Assembly: GCA_045612545.1 (NCBI GenBank)
Contig: JAZKZH010000034.1
Span: forward strand, 1,556-65,555
Length of the DNA: 64,000 nucleotides
Direction: 5' to 3'
Source: Eubacteriales bacterium
Lineage (GTDB): Bacteria > Bacillota > Clostridia > Oscillospirales > CAG-382
Part shown: positions 43,803 through 52,867 of the stretch, one piece after another
How positions within the stretch are numbered: position 1 is the stretch's first letter
Layout: each line of letters begins with the position of its first letter
Position numbers and translations under genes: made by a program
The notes under the pieces: model-generated
What the model was told of the DNA's origin: nothing
Databases searched by the model: none
What the model saw: the letters and a program-made list of their open reading frames with translations, nothing else

Positions 43803-45386
43803 CTATTCTTCCTCGGAGGGGGTCTCCGACTCTTCTTCAGAGGGGGGTTCCGATTCTTCCTCGGCGGAGGGTTCCGCAGATTCTCCGGATTCCTCGGTGG
43901 AGGTCTCCGGGAGTATATCCACTGCCGGATGGAGAGTTTCTTGCAGCTGCAGGGCATAGGCGGCCAAGGCATCCTTGCCCTCCTGGATCAGAGTGGGGAT
44001 GCGGGTGCTGTTATCCACCAGCATATAGCCGAACATATCGGTGCTCAGCGCGGTGATGGAAGGATCGCAACCGCCGAAGACGGTAGCAAAGTCGAAGTAT
44101 TGGGAATCCAAGATGATCTCCAGCATACAGGACTGATCGTTATCTGCGGAATACAGGGTGACGTAGGTTTCCTTTTCCGCTTGGCGGATCAGCAAGCCGC
44201 CGGTGGTACACAAAGCGGAAAGACCCAACCCGGTTTTGGAGGGGCTGTTCATCAGCTTGGGCGCGGAAAGCACGCGACCTTCCGTGGTGACGGGGCAGGT
44301 GTAGTCGGTGGCACCTCTCTCCTTGGGCATGGGAAGAATGCCGTAGGAGCGTTTGCTCTTGGCGTAAAGCTCCTTGAGATATTCCAACCGTTCGATGAGG
44401 AAGCCCAAACGGCCTGTCATAAAGGCAGCGTGGGCGGAGGTACCGTCCAAGGGATAGCGGGACTTGCTGCTATAGATCCCTCGCTGCATGGTAACAGCCC
44501 CCTGGAGGGTGATGGCATCGTAGGAGAAGGACAGCAGATTGTTTTCATCGAAGGAAAACAGAGGTTTTCCGCTACAGCTCCACAGCAGATAGGGCAACAG
44601 ATTCGTGTTGTCCGGGGAGGAATAACCGAATACGTCCTTTCCCAAGTCGTGGCTGGCGCTGTTCATCACCGTCTTTGCAACGGCCTGGCTGTATTCCAAA
44701 AAGGCTTCGTAGGTCCAAGATCCGCTTTGCACCAAGGATTCCGGGCGGGTCAGCTGTGTTTTTTGGATCAGCTCCCGATCGTAATACACCACGTAGGCTT
44801 CGTTGGCGCTTTGGGCAGTGGCGTCGGGGAGCGCGTACACTTCCTTGCCGTAGGACAAGGTTTTTGCGGCAACGGGATCGGCGCAGGCGGTGGAACTGTC
44901 GAAATACGGAAGCAGATCCAGATCCTGTAAAAGCCCTGCGGCGAAAAGGGTGGCGGTGGTTTTTGCGGAAAAGCACAGCAGATCTCCTGCGGCAATTCCG
45001 CTTTCCGCGGCGGCGGTGAGTGTTTCCAGAATCTCATCCTCCCGCACGGGAACCACGTTGATCTCCATTTGGTAGGCGGAGCGAAGCAGCTCATTGCGGC
45101 GTTGCAGGGCGTTCTGAATAGAGCCTGCGGTGGTTTCTTCACCGTAGAATACCTTTTCATTCGGGGTGAGGATGATGAAGGGCTGCCCGCTGATGGATTC
45201 CATTTCGCTGGTTTCCACGGAGGGAAGCTGGCTGAGGATCTCCTCGATGATCTGGGATTCCGTCTTGCCGGATTCCTCTTGGGAGACAGACTCCTCCGGG
45301 GTGGGCATCACCACGTTGGTGCAGGAGACGAGAAGTAGGATGGAAAGGAGAAGCAGGAGAAGCTTGGTGAGAAAGTTCTTGTGGGT
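43803..45386 (-). CDS. lipoprotein, possibly an ABC-transporter extracellular solute-binding protein, with an acidic Ser/Glu/Pro tail
   Basis: Signal plus lipobox LLLLLSILLLVSC. The size and mixed alpha/beta-looking sequence resemble family-1 SBPs. The C-terminus is PETSTEESGESAEPSAEEESEPPSEEESETPSEEE. Confidence 0.4.
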   Translation of the reverse strand, partial: THKNFLTKLLLLLLSILLLVSCTNVVMPTPEESVSQEESGKTESQIIEEILSQLPSVETSEMESISGQPFIILTPNEKVFYGEETTAGSIQNALQRRNELLRSAYQMEINVVPVREDEILETLTAAAESGIAAGDLLCFSAKTTATLFAAGLLQDLDLLPYFDSSTACADPVAAKTLSYGKEVYALPDATAQSANEAYVVYYDRELIQKTQLTRPESLVQSGSWTYEAFLEYSQAVAKTVMNSASHDLGKDVFGYSSPDNTNLLPYLLWSCSGKPLFSFDENNLLSFSYDAITLQGAVTMQRGIYSSKSRYPLDGTSAHAAFMTGRLGFLIERLEYLKELYAKSKRSYGILPMPKERGATDYTCPVTTEGRVLSAPKLMNSPSKTGLGLSALCTTGGLLIRQAEKETYVTLYSADNDQSCMLEIILDSQYFDFATVFGGCDPSITALSTDMFGYMLVDNSTRIPTLIQEGKDALAAYALQLQETLHPAVDILPETSTEESGESAEPSAEEESEPPSEEESETPSEEE

Positions 45387-45472
45387 CATAAGACAGTTCC
45401 TCGAAGTATAGTTTGATGAATTGAATGCGGCCAAAATATCACGGCAACGGCAGAAGCCGTTCTTTTCGGTTT

Positions 45473-45492
45473 CGGGACGCCTCGACCTCCCG
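45473..45492. repeat. solitary REP-like half element
   Basis: CGGGACGCCTCGACCTCCCG, the reverse complement of the CGGGAGGTCGAGGCG.CCC variant that flanks the RAYT gene. Confidence 0.6.
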
Positions 45493-45509
45493 TTTATGCT
45501 CTTTTGCGG

Positions 45510-46838
45510 TCAACCCTTTGCGAAGCGGTCGTGCAATGCCTTTACCTCTTGGGCGAAGGTGCGGATGGAATAGGCGTCGTAGGGAGAAATACCCACGCTG
45601 AAGGTGTCCCGCAGGGGGGCGGAAAGCTCCTCGGGGATGCCTTTTTTGCCCAAGAACGCACCCATAAAGGAGCCTACGGTGGCGCCGTTACAATCGGTGT
45701 CCAGCCCACATTCCACGGCGAAGGCAACCGCCTCCCGGAAATCGTGGTGATAACGGGTGATGGCGGCGATGCAGAAGGCGGCGTTGTTCAGGGTATGCAC
45801 CCAGTTGTAGGTCTTGCTGAAGGCCAACAGCTCCTGCATCAATTCCTTTCGGGAGAGGGAGCTTTTGGCAAGGTCTCTTGCCCACACTGCCGTCTCGTAA
45901 AAGCGGCTCTTCTTCGGCACCACCGCCAAGGCGGTGTCAAAGCAGGCGTCGGGGTCTTTTTCCGTGAAAGCGGCGGCGATCCACGCGGCGAAGAACATTT
46001 CGCCGTAGATGCCGTTCCCCGTATGGGAGAAATAAGCGTCGGTGTGAGCCATGCGGGAAGCAGTGAGGGGATCTCCCGCCGCCCCGTAGGCAAAGGCGTC
46101 ACAGCGGATCTGTGCGCCGATCCATTCTCTGTAGGGGTTGAGGTGGGTGTTGACCTCTGCTTTCCGCAATAAGTCCATTGCGCCCTCCGGCTTGTACCAG
46201 GGGGTGCATTGGTCAATGTTCAAAAAGTTCAAGTATGCTTGACTTTCTGCGGTGCAGACAAAGCGGAAGGGCAGCTTTTTCGACCAGTGATCCCCCACGT
46301 CCCAGGAATCAAAGGAAGCACCCTTTTCCTTCAGAAGCAGGTAATACAGCACGGTGAAACGGGTATCGTCGTCCAAGGGCATTCCGCAGATCTTTTCATC
46401 TGTGGCGGCACCCTCGTTGCGCCGCTGTCCGGAGACGGTGGGCACATAGGAACGGAGGGGGTACTTCCCTGCTTCCTTGTACCATTTTATAATGTCCTCG
46501 GATCTCCAGCCCTCCACGGGCTGACCCCAAGCGCAACCGATGCAACGCCCCAGCCATGCGCCGTGGAAATCGTCTTCGCCAATGTCATCGGGGGACTTTT
46601 GCAGAGTGGAAGCGTTGCTTTGGGCTTCGATCTCGTTCAGCTCCGAGGGTTCTTCGTAGGGGTAGTCCTCCCGCATGGGCAGTGCCTGCAGCTCTGCGTA
46701 AAGCGCCATGAGCTGTTCCTTGCTCTCGGCGGAAGCGATCTTCGCCCGATAGGCTTCTTTGTCGATGGCTCTGCCTTCCTCAAAAAGCTGATCCAGCTCC
46801 TCGGTGAGCAGGGTGGAAAGGGTATTGTATCCTGCCAT
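45510..46838 (-). CDS. ADP-ribosylglycohydrolase family protein (cytoplasmic)
   Basis: GAWLGRCIGCAWGQPVEGW and the C-terminal metal site CGLDTDCNGATVGSFMGAFLG. Confidence 0.75.
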   Translation of the reverse strand: MAGYNTLSTLLTEELDQLFEEGRAIDKEAYRAKIASAESKEQLMALYAELQALPMREDYPYEEPSELNEIEAQSNASTLQKSPDDIGEDDFHGAWLGRCIGCAWGQPVEGWRSEDIIKWYKEAGKYPLRSYVPTVSGQRRNEGAATDEKICGMPLDDDTRFTVLYYLLLKEKGASFDSWDVGDHWSKKLPFRFVCTAESQAYLNFLNIDQCTPWYKPEGAMDLLRKAEVNTHLNPYREWIGAQIRCDAFAYGAAGDPLTASRMAHTDAYFSHTGNGIYGEMFFAAWIAAAFTEKDPDACFDTALAVVPKKSRFYETAVWARDLAKSSLSRKELMQELLAFSKTYNWVHTLNNAAFCIAAITRYHHDFREAVAFAVECGLDTDCNGATVGSFMGAFLGKKGIPEELSAPLRDTFSVGISPYDAYSIRTFAQEVKALHDRFAKG

Positions 46839-46849
46839 AAATAGTCTCC

Positions 46850-48817
46850 TTAATTGGCTTCCGCGCCCATGACGGCCAGCTCGGAGACGGAGATAAAGCC
46901 TGCGTCTCCGCCTGCGATGCCGATGAGGCGAATGCCATCGCAGGTGATTTCTTCAAAAGTAAAGGTGTATACCTCGAACTGAGAGCCAAACACACTCTGG
47001 CTGTTGCCGACCGGGTAAGCGGGAGACGCCGTTGCCTCCACGTCCACCCAAGCACCGTCTTTGAAAGCTTGCAGCTTTAAGGTTCCGTTTGCGAACCAGC
47101 CGCCGTTCACGAAGTGCATTCCCTCGGTGAAAACGATGGTATCGACCTTGCAGGAGGTCTTGAACAGATAGCCTACGTATTCCTCATGGGCGCCGAAATA
47201 GCCGCAGTAGGTGTCGTATTGGTCGGTGTTACCGCCGCCGGTCTTTCCGTCGTTGATCACGTAGATGTCCTTGCTTCCCGAGCCGGTGGGCAGGGAATCA
47301 CTGCAAATGGGGAGCATTACGGGGGCTAAATTGCGGTAGGAGCCTGCGTCGGGGTCGGAGACCGCCGTGGCGTCGGTTATCTTGACCGTTTGGGTCTTGG
47401 TTACAGTATTGCCAAGCACGTCGGAAACGGTACAGGTAATGGTGTAAGTTCCGTTTTTGGAATAGCGGTAGCCCGCCACGTTATCCTTGGCCACAAAGCC
47501 GTCCCCAAAGTCGATGAGGGTGGAGCCAATGCCCGGCACGGAGTAAGCGGAAAGGCTGAGGGTGACTCTGTCCTTCTCTGCGGAGGCGGAGAAGGTCACC
47601 TCGGGGGCTTCCGGCCATTGCTCTGTCGCCACGGGGGTGGTGGGAGCGGTTACCATCTCCCAGCCCTCTTCGGCCCAAGTCAGGCGGGCTTTACAGAGGG
47701 AGAGGGTGGTGTTCACTGCATTTTGCAGGGTATAGTTGGTGTAGGAGAATTTTGCGGTGGTTTTGTCCAGCCCTTTTTTGTATTTTGCGGGAATGCGGTC
47801 AAAGCCCAGCATGGTGCCCAGCACGCCCCCTACCGTGGAGGGGTTGCAGTCGCTGTCCTGCCCGCAACGCATGGCGATGGTCATGGATTTTTCAAAATCC
47901 CCTTCCCCGTAGAGAAGGCCCATCAGCACGTAGGCAGAGTTGATCTTGGCGTCGATGTTTGCCCCGTGGGGATAGTAGCTGACGCATCTGTCGTCGTTCC
48001 CCCATTTGTCCTGAACGGCCTGCCAGGTTTCTTCCCAGGGAAGGCCTTTTTTGTAGCCGTCAAGAACCTCGCTCATCACGGTTTTGTATTCCGTATCCTG
48101 AGGAACGGCCTGCAAAGCCATTTCCACGGCGGTATAGATATCGTCTGTGATGAAGGCCGCCGCCGTCAACGCGGAAACGAACACGCCGCCGTACACACCG
48201 TCGCCGTAACAGATCATATGCCCTATTTCAAAGGAACGGTTTGCCGCCGCCATGGGGTCGCCTCCGTAGATAAGCCCCAGGAAGTCTGCTTCGATCTGCC
48301 AGTCGATATCGTCGCAATGAAGGTTGTTGTCGTAATGCCCGCAAAGGGCGGGAGCGATCCCCTTTTGCAGATTTTCCCGTGCTTGCTTGTTGGCGTGGTC
48401 TAAGCTGTATTCGCTTTTGGCAAAGGCTTCCCCCAAAAGCTCCAGGCTTGCGTTCAGACCGTTGGTCTCCATGACCTCCAAAAAGGTCATTTCCACGTAC
48501 AGATCGTCCTGCCAAAAGGCGTCGTTTACGTTCAAGGAGGCAAAGTCGATGATATCCTTTTCGGGCATTATGGTGCCCCAGTATTGGAACTCCGACTTTG
48601 CGCCATACACAACCCCTGCCATTTGGCCCGCCCAGCCGCCAAGGATCTTATCCTGTATCTGCTCCTCGGTGAAGGAGTAGGTCACAGGCTCCTCGGGAAG
48701 GGAGCTTTCTGCCGAGACCCCCTCGGAGGGGGTGGATTCTGCGGGTGCGGGGACTCCCCCACAGCCTGCAAGCAAAAGACAGATCACCAGCGAAAGAAGG
48801 GTGAGTATTTTTTTCAT
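46850..48817 (-). CDS. secreted lipoprotein: ADP-ribosylglycohydrolase-fold domain + PKD-like domain + C-terminal carbohydrate-binding-like domain
   Basis: Lipobox LLLAGCGG. ARH motifs GGWAGQMAGVVYG and CGQDSDCNPSTVGGVLGTMLG. PKD-like IDFGDG....YRYSKNGTYTITCTVSD. The last 180 aa or so look like a beta-sandwich. Confidence 0.65.
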   Translation of the reverse strand: MKKILTLLSLVICLLLAGCGGVPAPAESTPSEGVSAESSLPEEPVTYSFTEEQIQDKILGGWAGQMAGVVYGAKSEFQYWGTIMPEKDIIDFASLNVNDAFWQDDLYVEMTFLEVMETNGLNASLELLGEAFAKSEYSLDHANKQARENLQKGIAPALCGHYDNNLHCDDIDWQIEADFLGLIYGGDPMAAANRSFEIGHMICYGDGVYGGVFVSALTAAAFITDDIYTAVEMALQAVPQDTEYKTVMSEVLDGYKKGLPWEETWQAVQDKWGNDDRCVSYYPHGANIDAKINSAYVLMGLLYGEGDFEKSMTIAMRCGQDSDCNPSTVGGVLGTMLGFDRIPAKYKKGLDKTTAKFSYTNYTLQNAVNTTLSLCKARLTWAEEGWEMVTAPTTPVATEQWPEAPEVTFSASAEKDRVTLSLSAYSVPGIGSTLIDFGDGFVAKDNVAGYRYSKNGTYTITCTVSDVLGNTVTKTQTVKITDATAVSDPDAGSYRNLAPVMLPICSDSLPTGSGSKDIYVINDGKTGGGNTDQYDTYCGYFGAHEEYVGYLFKTSCKVDTIVFTEGMHFVNGGWFANGTLKLQAFKDGAWVDVEATASPAYPVGNSQSVFGSQFEVYTFTFEEITCDGIRLIGIAGGDAGFISVSELAVMGAEAN

Positions 48818-48832
48818 AAACAGTCTCCTTTT

Positions 48833-49108
48833 TTACGGTTGAAGTTGGTTTTTCCATTTTAACAAGTCCCGCAGGGCCACAAGTCCGTCTCGCTTGCCGA
48901 TGTTGTAAACGCGGCGGATATTTTCCGGGTTCTTTTCCGGCCTGCCGATGCTCAGAGCTTCCCGCGGACGGATGACAAAGGCGTGTCCCTTTTTCTCCTC
49001 CTCACCGATCAAGGCCATGGTTTGGTTGTACCGCTTGTGACAGCCGGCTCGGAGACGGAGAGAAAGCCCGTGTCTCCGCCTGCGGCGCAAAATTTTAACA
49101 ACGGCCAC
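48833..49108 (-). pseudogene. orphan duplicate of the 3' end of the patatin gene fused to a 50-nt duplicate of the 3' end of the ARH lipoprotein gene
   Basis: 48895-49041 matches 49766-49912 (roughly 90 %). 49039-49088 matches 46871-46920 (44/50). The ORF has no N-terminal catalytic domain. Confidence 0.7.
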
Positions 49109-49131
49109 TCCAAACTGTCATGATCGGAATC

Positions 49132-49713
49132 TCATTCGGTAATCGTAAGCAATTCTCCGAATTCCATTAAAACCAGGTCGCAGACCTCTTTCATTTGGGG
49201 AATATCGTCCTTGCTGATCTCATCGTATATGCCCATGACGGCAAAACCGTCTTCTTTTGCCATACGGCAGAACTTTGCCCGATCCTCCACCACAATGCAT
49301 TCTGCGGGGGAAAGGCCGAACCGTTCTGCGGCGGCGTGGTAGATTCTTGTGGATTGGTGCTTGGACACCCCCACGTCGTCACTGCCAAGGTAAAAATCAA
49401 TGAATGCTTCCAGCCCCAGTCGATCCAGCAGACCCTTGGAAAGCTCCTTTGGGGTATCGCTGGCGATGCAGACGGAGATCCCGTGGTCGCGGAGGAGCTT
49501 CAAAAACTCCATGGCGTTTTTCTTGGGGAGGATGGCTTTCTCATATTGCCGGCGGATGTATTCCCGCTTACCCTCCCATCCGCCTTTAAAGGTCTCTGCA
49601 GGAACGATCCAATGGGACATGGAGTCCATCAGAGTGCCGTCCATATCGAAGAGAAAGGCTTTTTTGCCCTTCAGGAATTCATATTTTGAGTCGAAAAGTC
49701 GGTATAGCTTCAT
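49132..49713 (-). CDS. HAD-superfamily hydrolase
   Basis: Motif I FLFDMDGTLMDS. Start ATG 49713 overlaps the patatin stop (ATGA). The ORF-track extension upstream of 49713 overlaps the patatin gene and is not used. Confidence 0.75.
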   Translation of the reverse strand: MKLYRLFDSKYEFLKGKKAFLFDMDGTLMDSMSHWIVPAETFKGGWEGKREYIRRQYEKAILPKKNAMEFLKLLRDHGISVCIASDTPKELSKGLLDRLGLEAFIDFYLGSDDVGVSKHQSTRIYHAAAERFGLSPAECIVVEDRAKFCRMAKEDGFAVMGIYDEISKDDIPQMKEVCDLVLMEFGELLTITE

Positions 49714-50555
49714 GTGACTTCTCTCCATTTCAACATTGTCTCCAACGCTTCTTCCCCATCGGCTCTGCCGATGTTGTAAACGCGGCGGATGTTTTCCGGG
49801 TTCTTTTCCAGCCTGCCGATGATCAGAGCTTCCCGTGGACGGATGACAAAGGCGTTTCCCTTTTTCTCCTCCTCCCCGATCAAGGCCATGGTTTGGTTGT
49901 ACCGCTTGTGACGGTCGGCAAGGGCTTTTGCAAGGCACGGATATTTGCGGTAGAAAAGCTTTGCCAAGAGGGGATGCTCTTTTTTTCGCACATAGCTTGC
50001 GGGATGGGTGAGGATCAGCACGTTGCGGGCGTATCCCATACCCATAAAGGCCTCCAAGGGGATGCTGTCGGTACAGCCCCCGTCCAAATAATGTTCCCCG
50101 CTGATCTCCACGGGCTTGGAAAGATATGGTAAGGATGCGGAGGCGCGGAGCATATCGATCTGTTCCTTCATATCCGTGATGCGCAAGTATTCCGCTTCCC
50201 CGGTGTTTACGTTGGTTGCGGTGACGTAAAAAGGGGTCTCATTTGCCAAAAAGGCGGCGTGGTCGTATATATCCAGCTTATCCGGCAGCTCGTGGTAGCA
50301 AAAATCCACTCCCACCACGTTCCCCGTGGTGAAAAAGCTTTTCATGCCCATAAATCGTGGGTCTTTGCAGTATTTTTCGTAGTAGCGGATGCTTCTCCCC
50401 TTTTGCCCCGAAAGATAGGAACAGCCGTGGATCGCCCCTGCGGACACGCCGATCACCCCGTCAAAGGTCACCCCGTGTTCCATAAACACGTCCAATACCC
50501 CGGCGGTGTAAATGCCCCGCATTCCCCCGCCTTCCAAAATCAAGCCTGTTTTCAT
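49710..50555 (-). CDS. patatin-like phospholipase
   Basis: ILEGGGMRGIYTAGVLD (oxyanion GGG.RG) and GVSAGAIHG (G.S.G nucleophile). Confidence 0.85.
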   Translation of the reverse strand: MKTGLILEGGGMRGIYTAGVLDVFMEHGVTFDGVIGVSAGAIHGCSYLSGQKGRSIRYYEKYCKDPRFMGMKSFFTTGNVVGVDFCYHELPDKLDIYDHAAFLANETPFYVTATNVNTGEAEYLRITDMKEQIDMLRASASLPYLSKPVEISGEHYLDGGCTDSIPLEAFMGMGYARNVLILTHPASYVRKKEHPLLAKLFYRKYPCLAKALADRHKRYNQTMALIGEEEKKGNAFVIRPREALIIGRLEKNPENIRRVYNIGRADGEEALETMLKWREVT

Positions 50556-50560
50556 GTGTT

Positions 50561-51262
50561 TTACTTCCCACACGCCTTTATAAAATCCTCAAACAATAAA
50601 TGGTTGTTTTCATCCGTCCCTGCAAGTCTCTCCGGGTGCCATTGGTAGGCGCGGAGATACCCCTTCCCCGGGGCGTACACCGCCTCGATGACGCCGTCGT
50701 CGGAAAGCGCCATTACCTCCAGCCCTGCCGCCAGATCCTTGACGGCTTGGTGGTGAAAGCTGTTGGCGGTCATTTCCTCTGCCCCGATCAGGGTATGTAA
50801 GGGGGTGTTTTCCATGATCTTTACCCCGTGGGAGGGGGAGAACTTGGGCTCTTTTTGTCTGTGGAACAGCTTTACCGGGTATTCCGTGGGGAGATCCTGG
50901 TACAGCGTGCCACCCATGGCAACGTTCAAGATCTGAATGCCGCGGCAGATGGCAAGAATGGGCTTCCCTGCTTTGTAGGCGGAGGCAAAAACGGCCAGCT
51001 CCAGCTCGTCCCGCATCACGTCGGGAGTGCCGCAGGTCTCTTTCATTTCCTCCCCGTAGCGGTTGGGGTGAACGTCTCCCCCGCCGGTGAACACAAAGCC
51101 GTCGCAAAGGGAAACGAACCGTTCGACGGTTTTCTTTTCTTGGGTATAGGGCAGCAGTACGGGGGTGCCACCCGCGTTTTCGATGGATCTTAAGTATGCA
51201 GTCTGGACGATGGTGCTCTTTTCAGCATCCACCTCGCCAAGCATGCCGATGATAGGTGTCAT
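50561..51262 (-). CDS. class-I glutamine amidotransferase-like / gamma-glutamyl-GABA hydrolase family (peptidase C26)
   Basis: PILAICRGIQILNVAMGGTLYQD (nucleophile Cys) and SFHHQAV. Confidence 0.8.
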   Translation of the reverse strand: MTPIIGMLGEVDAEKSTIVQTAYLRSIENAGGTPVLLPYTQEKKTVERFVSLCDGFVFTGGGDVHPNRYGEEMKETCGTPDVMRDELELAVFASAYKAGKPILAICRGIQILNVAMGGTLYQDLPTEYPVKLFHRQKEPKFSPSHGVKIMENTPLHTLIGAEEMTANSFHHQAVKDLAAGLEVMALSDDGVIEAVYAPGKGYLRAYQWHPERLAGTDENNHLLFEDFIKACGK

Positions 51263-51322
51263 AAGGGGGGTTGTCCTTTCGGTGGGATATGCGTAGCGTT
51301 TTCATCCTTCTCGCTTCAGGAC

Positions 51323-51676
51323 GTCATCCTTGAGCTCAGGTTTGCAAGCAAACCGTCGAAGTTTTGCGGAAGTAGTCGTCGCAACGCGACGAGGGATGGA
51401 GCAAAACCGCCGCAGGCGGGATCTCATAAGAGTCTGATGTTCCTTTCTGTAACGAGAGAACTGTTTTATCACAAAGGATGTAAGTTTACTTTTCAAGGGG
51501 TAGATCAGACTTTGAGGAGACCCCTTGCGGTTTTGCTTTTTAGAAATTGCTGTGGAAGACAGAACCACTTCCAAGATTTCGGGGCAATTTCAAAAAGCAA
51601 AACTTCGACTCCGCAGGCTTTTCTCATTGCAACCTAAGGTACAACATTATTCCGCGCCTGCTTCGCTCAGGGTGAC
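51323..51676. repeat. nested-palindrome composite element, copy E7a (354 bp, core inverted; mirror image of E1)
   Basis: GTCATCCTTGAG at 51323, core at 51418-51524, the same TTGCAACCTAAGGTACAACATTATTCC insert as E1/E3b, CTCAGGGTGAC ending at 51676. Confidence 0.8.
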
Positions 51677-51755
51677 CAAGTCGGCGTTCAGCCTTTGGCT
51701 TATGCGTAGGTTTGCCTCGCCGACGTCAAAAACAGCTAAGGCTGTTTTTGTTGGG
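51674..51755. repeat. module-C copy
   Basis: GACCAAGTCGGCGTTCAGCCTTTGGCTTATGCGTAGGTTTGCCTCGCCGACGTCAAAAACAGCTAAGGCTGTTTTTG. Confidence 0.7.
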
Positions 51756-51878
51756 TTTTGTTCCATCCCGCGCGACCAACCCGCAGGGTTGGTATGCGTA
51801 GGATGTCATCTTTATGTGGGGTTGGATGTTTATGTAACTTTGTTACGTAACTTTGTAAGGAATAAAGCCTTCCTCATC

Positions 51879-51955
51879 CCAAGTCGGCGCAGGGCTTTTG
51901 TCTTATGCGTAGTTTTGTTTCGCCGACGTCAAAAACGGCAAGCCGTTTTTGGAAC
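51879..51955. repeat. module-C copy
   Basis: CCAAGTCGGCGCAGGGCTTTTGTCTTATGCGTAGTTTTGTTTCGCCGACGTCAAAAACGGCAAGCCGTTTTTGG. Confidence 0.7.
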
Positions 51956-51969
51956 TGTAACGGCTACGT

Positions 51970-52286
51970 GTCATCCTGAGCACGCGCGGGTCGTAGTAGA
52001 TGTGGCTACGCATTACAGTCATCTCCGCGCACGTCGAAGTTTTGCGTAGGTGAGCGTAGCGAACGAAGCAAAACCGCCGCAGGGGGGATCTACTGAGAGT
52101 CTGATATACCTTTTTGGGGGGTAAAGAACTGTTTTATCACAAAAAATGTAAGTTTACCTATGTAGGGGTAGATCAAATTCGTAGGAGATCCCTTCGGGGT
52201 GCAAGCACCCCTTGATTTTCTCCGTTCGGCCATGCCTCGACTACGAAAATTTCGACGGCTTGCTTGCAAGCCTACTCAGAGATGAC
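51970..52286. repeat. nested-palindrome composite element, copy E7b (317 bp, core inverted)
   Basis: GTCATCCTGAG at 51970, core at 52085-52192, right arm ATTTTC/GAAAAT (same variant as the left arm of E3), CTCAGAGATGAC ending at 52286. Confidence 0.8.
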
Positions 52287-52420
52287 AGTGTAATGGTTAC
52301 GGTTGCGGTATGCATAGCGTATGATGAGGTTCCTCTTGCCTGCTTGGCGGCGCCGCGCATTCGAGCGTTGCCCCTTTAGGTAGGGAGTCTACTAATGTGT
52401 TTGATATGTTAGGGTATTAC

Positions 52421-52858
52421 CTATTCATCTTCTGAATCGTAGATATACATATCAATGTCTATCTCAGTCCTTGTTTCGTGACAAAAATCAATGACGTCGA
52501 GCGATGGGGCAAGGCACGGATTGATATCATTCACATAAATCGAGGGGACAATTTCCAGAAAGAAAGAAACATCATATGTTTGCCTTATTTGATTAAGCAA
52601 AGGGATTTTATCTTGCAATGGTGCAATTGTTTTCCTCATCTGGTTTTCTACTTCAACATCGTATTCTTCGCATCTTCCGATTTCCCAAAGAGCGAAATCA
52701 TACTTTGTGCCATTACGTCGTAAATCTCCAATTTTCCAAGTCTTTTCAGGCGTAAGGCTCAACAAAGCAGAAACATCGTCGGGATTAAAATTACCAACTA
52801 TCTTAAAATAGGTATAGCAATTATTTCGTGTGTTCATAGAGTCCTCCGTCGAATTCAA
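52421..52858 (-). CDS. DUF4279-like hypothetical protein
   Basis: YFKIVGNFNPDDVSALLSLTPEKTWKIGD......FALWEIG resembles the DUF4279 N-terminal pattern. The gene is clearly AT-rich relative to its neighbours. Confidence 0.45.
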   Translation of the reverse strand: MNSTEDSMNTRNNCYTYFKIVGNFNPDDVSALLSLTPEKTWKIGDLRRNGTKYDFALWEIGRCEEYDVEVENQMRKTIAPLQDKIPLLNQIRQTYDVSFFLEIVPSIYVNDINPCLAPSLDVIDFCHETRTEIDIDMYIYDSEDE

Positions 52859-52867
52859 GCTTGCCGG

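Noticed and set aside
48833-49108. A 91-aa protein-coding gene
   Set aside because: The sequence is a partial duplicate of the patatin C-terminus plus 50 nt copied from another gene's 3' end. It lacks the catalytic part and its N-terminus is Arg-rich nonsense. I called it a remnant.
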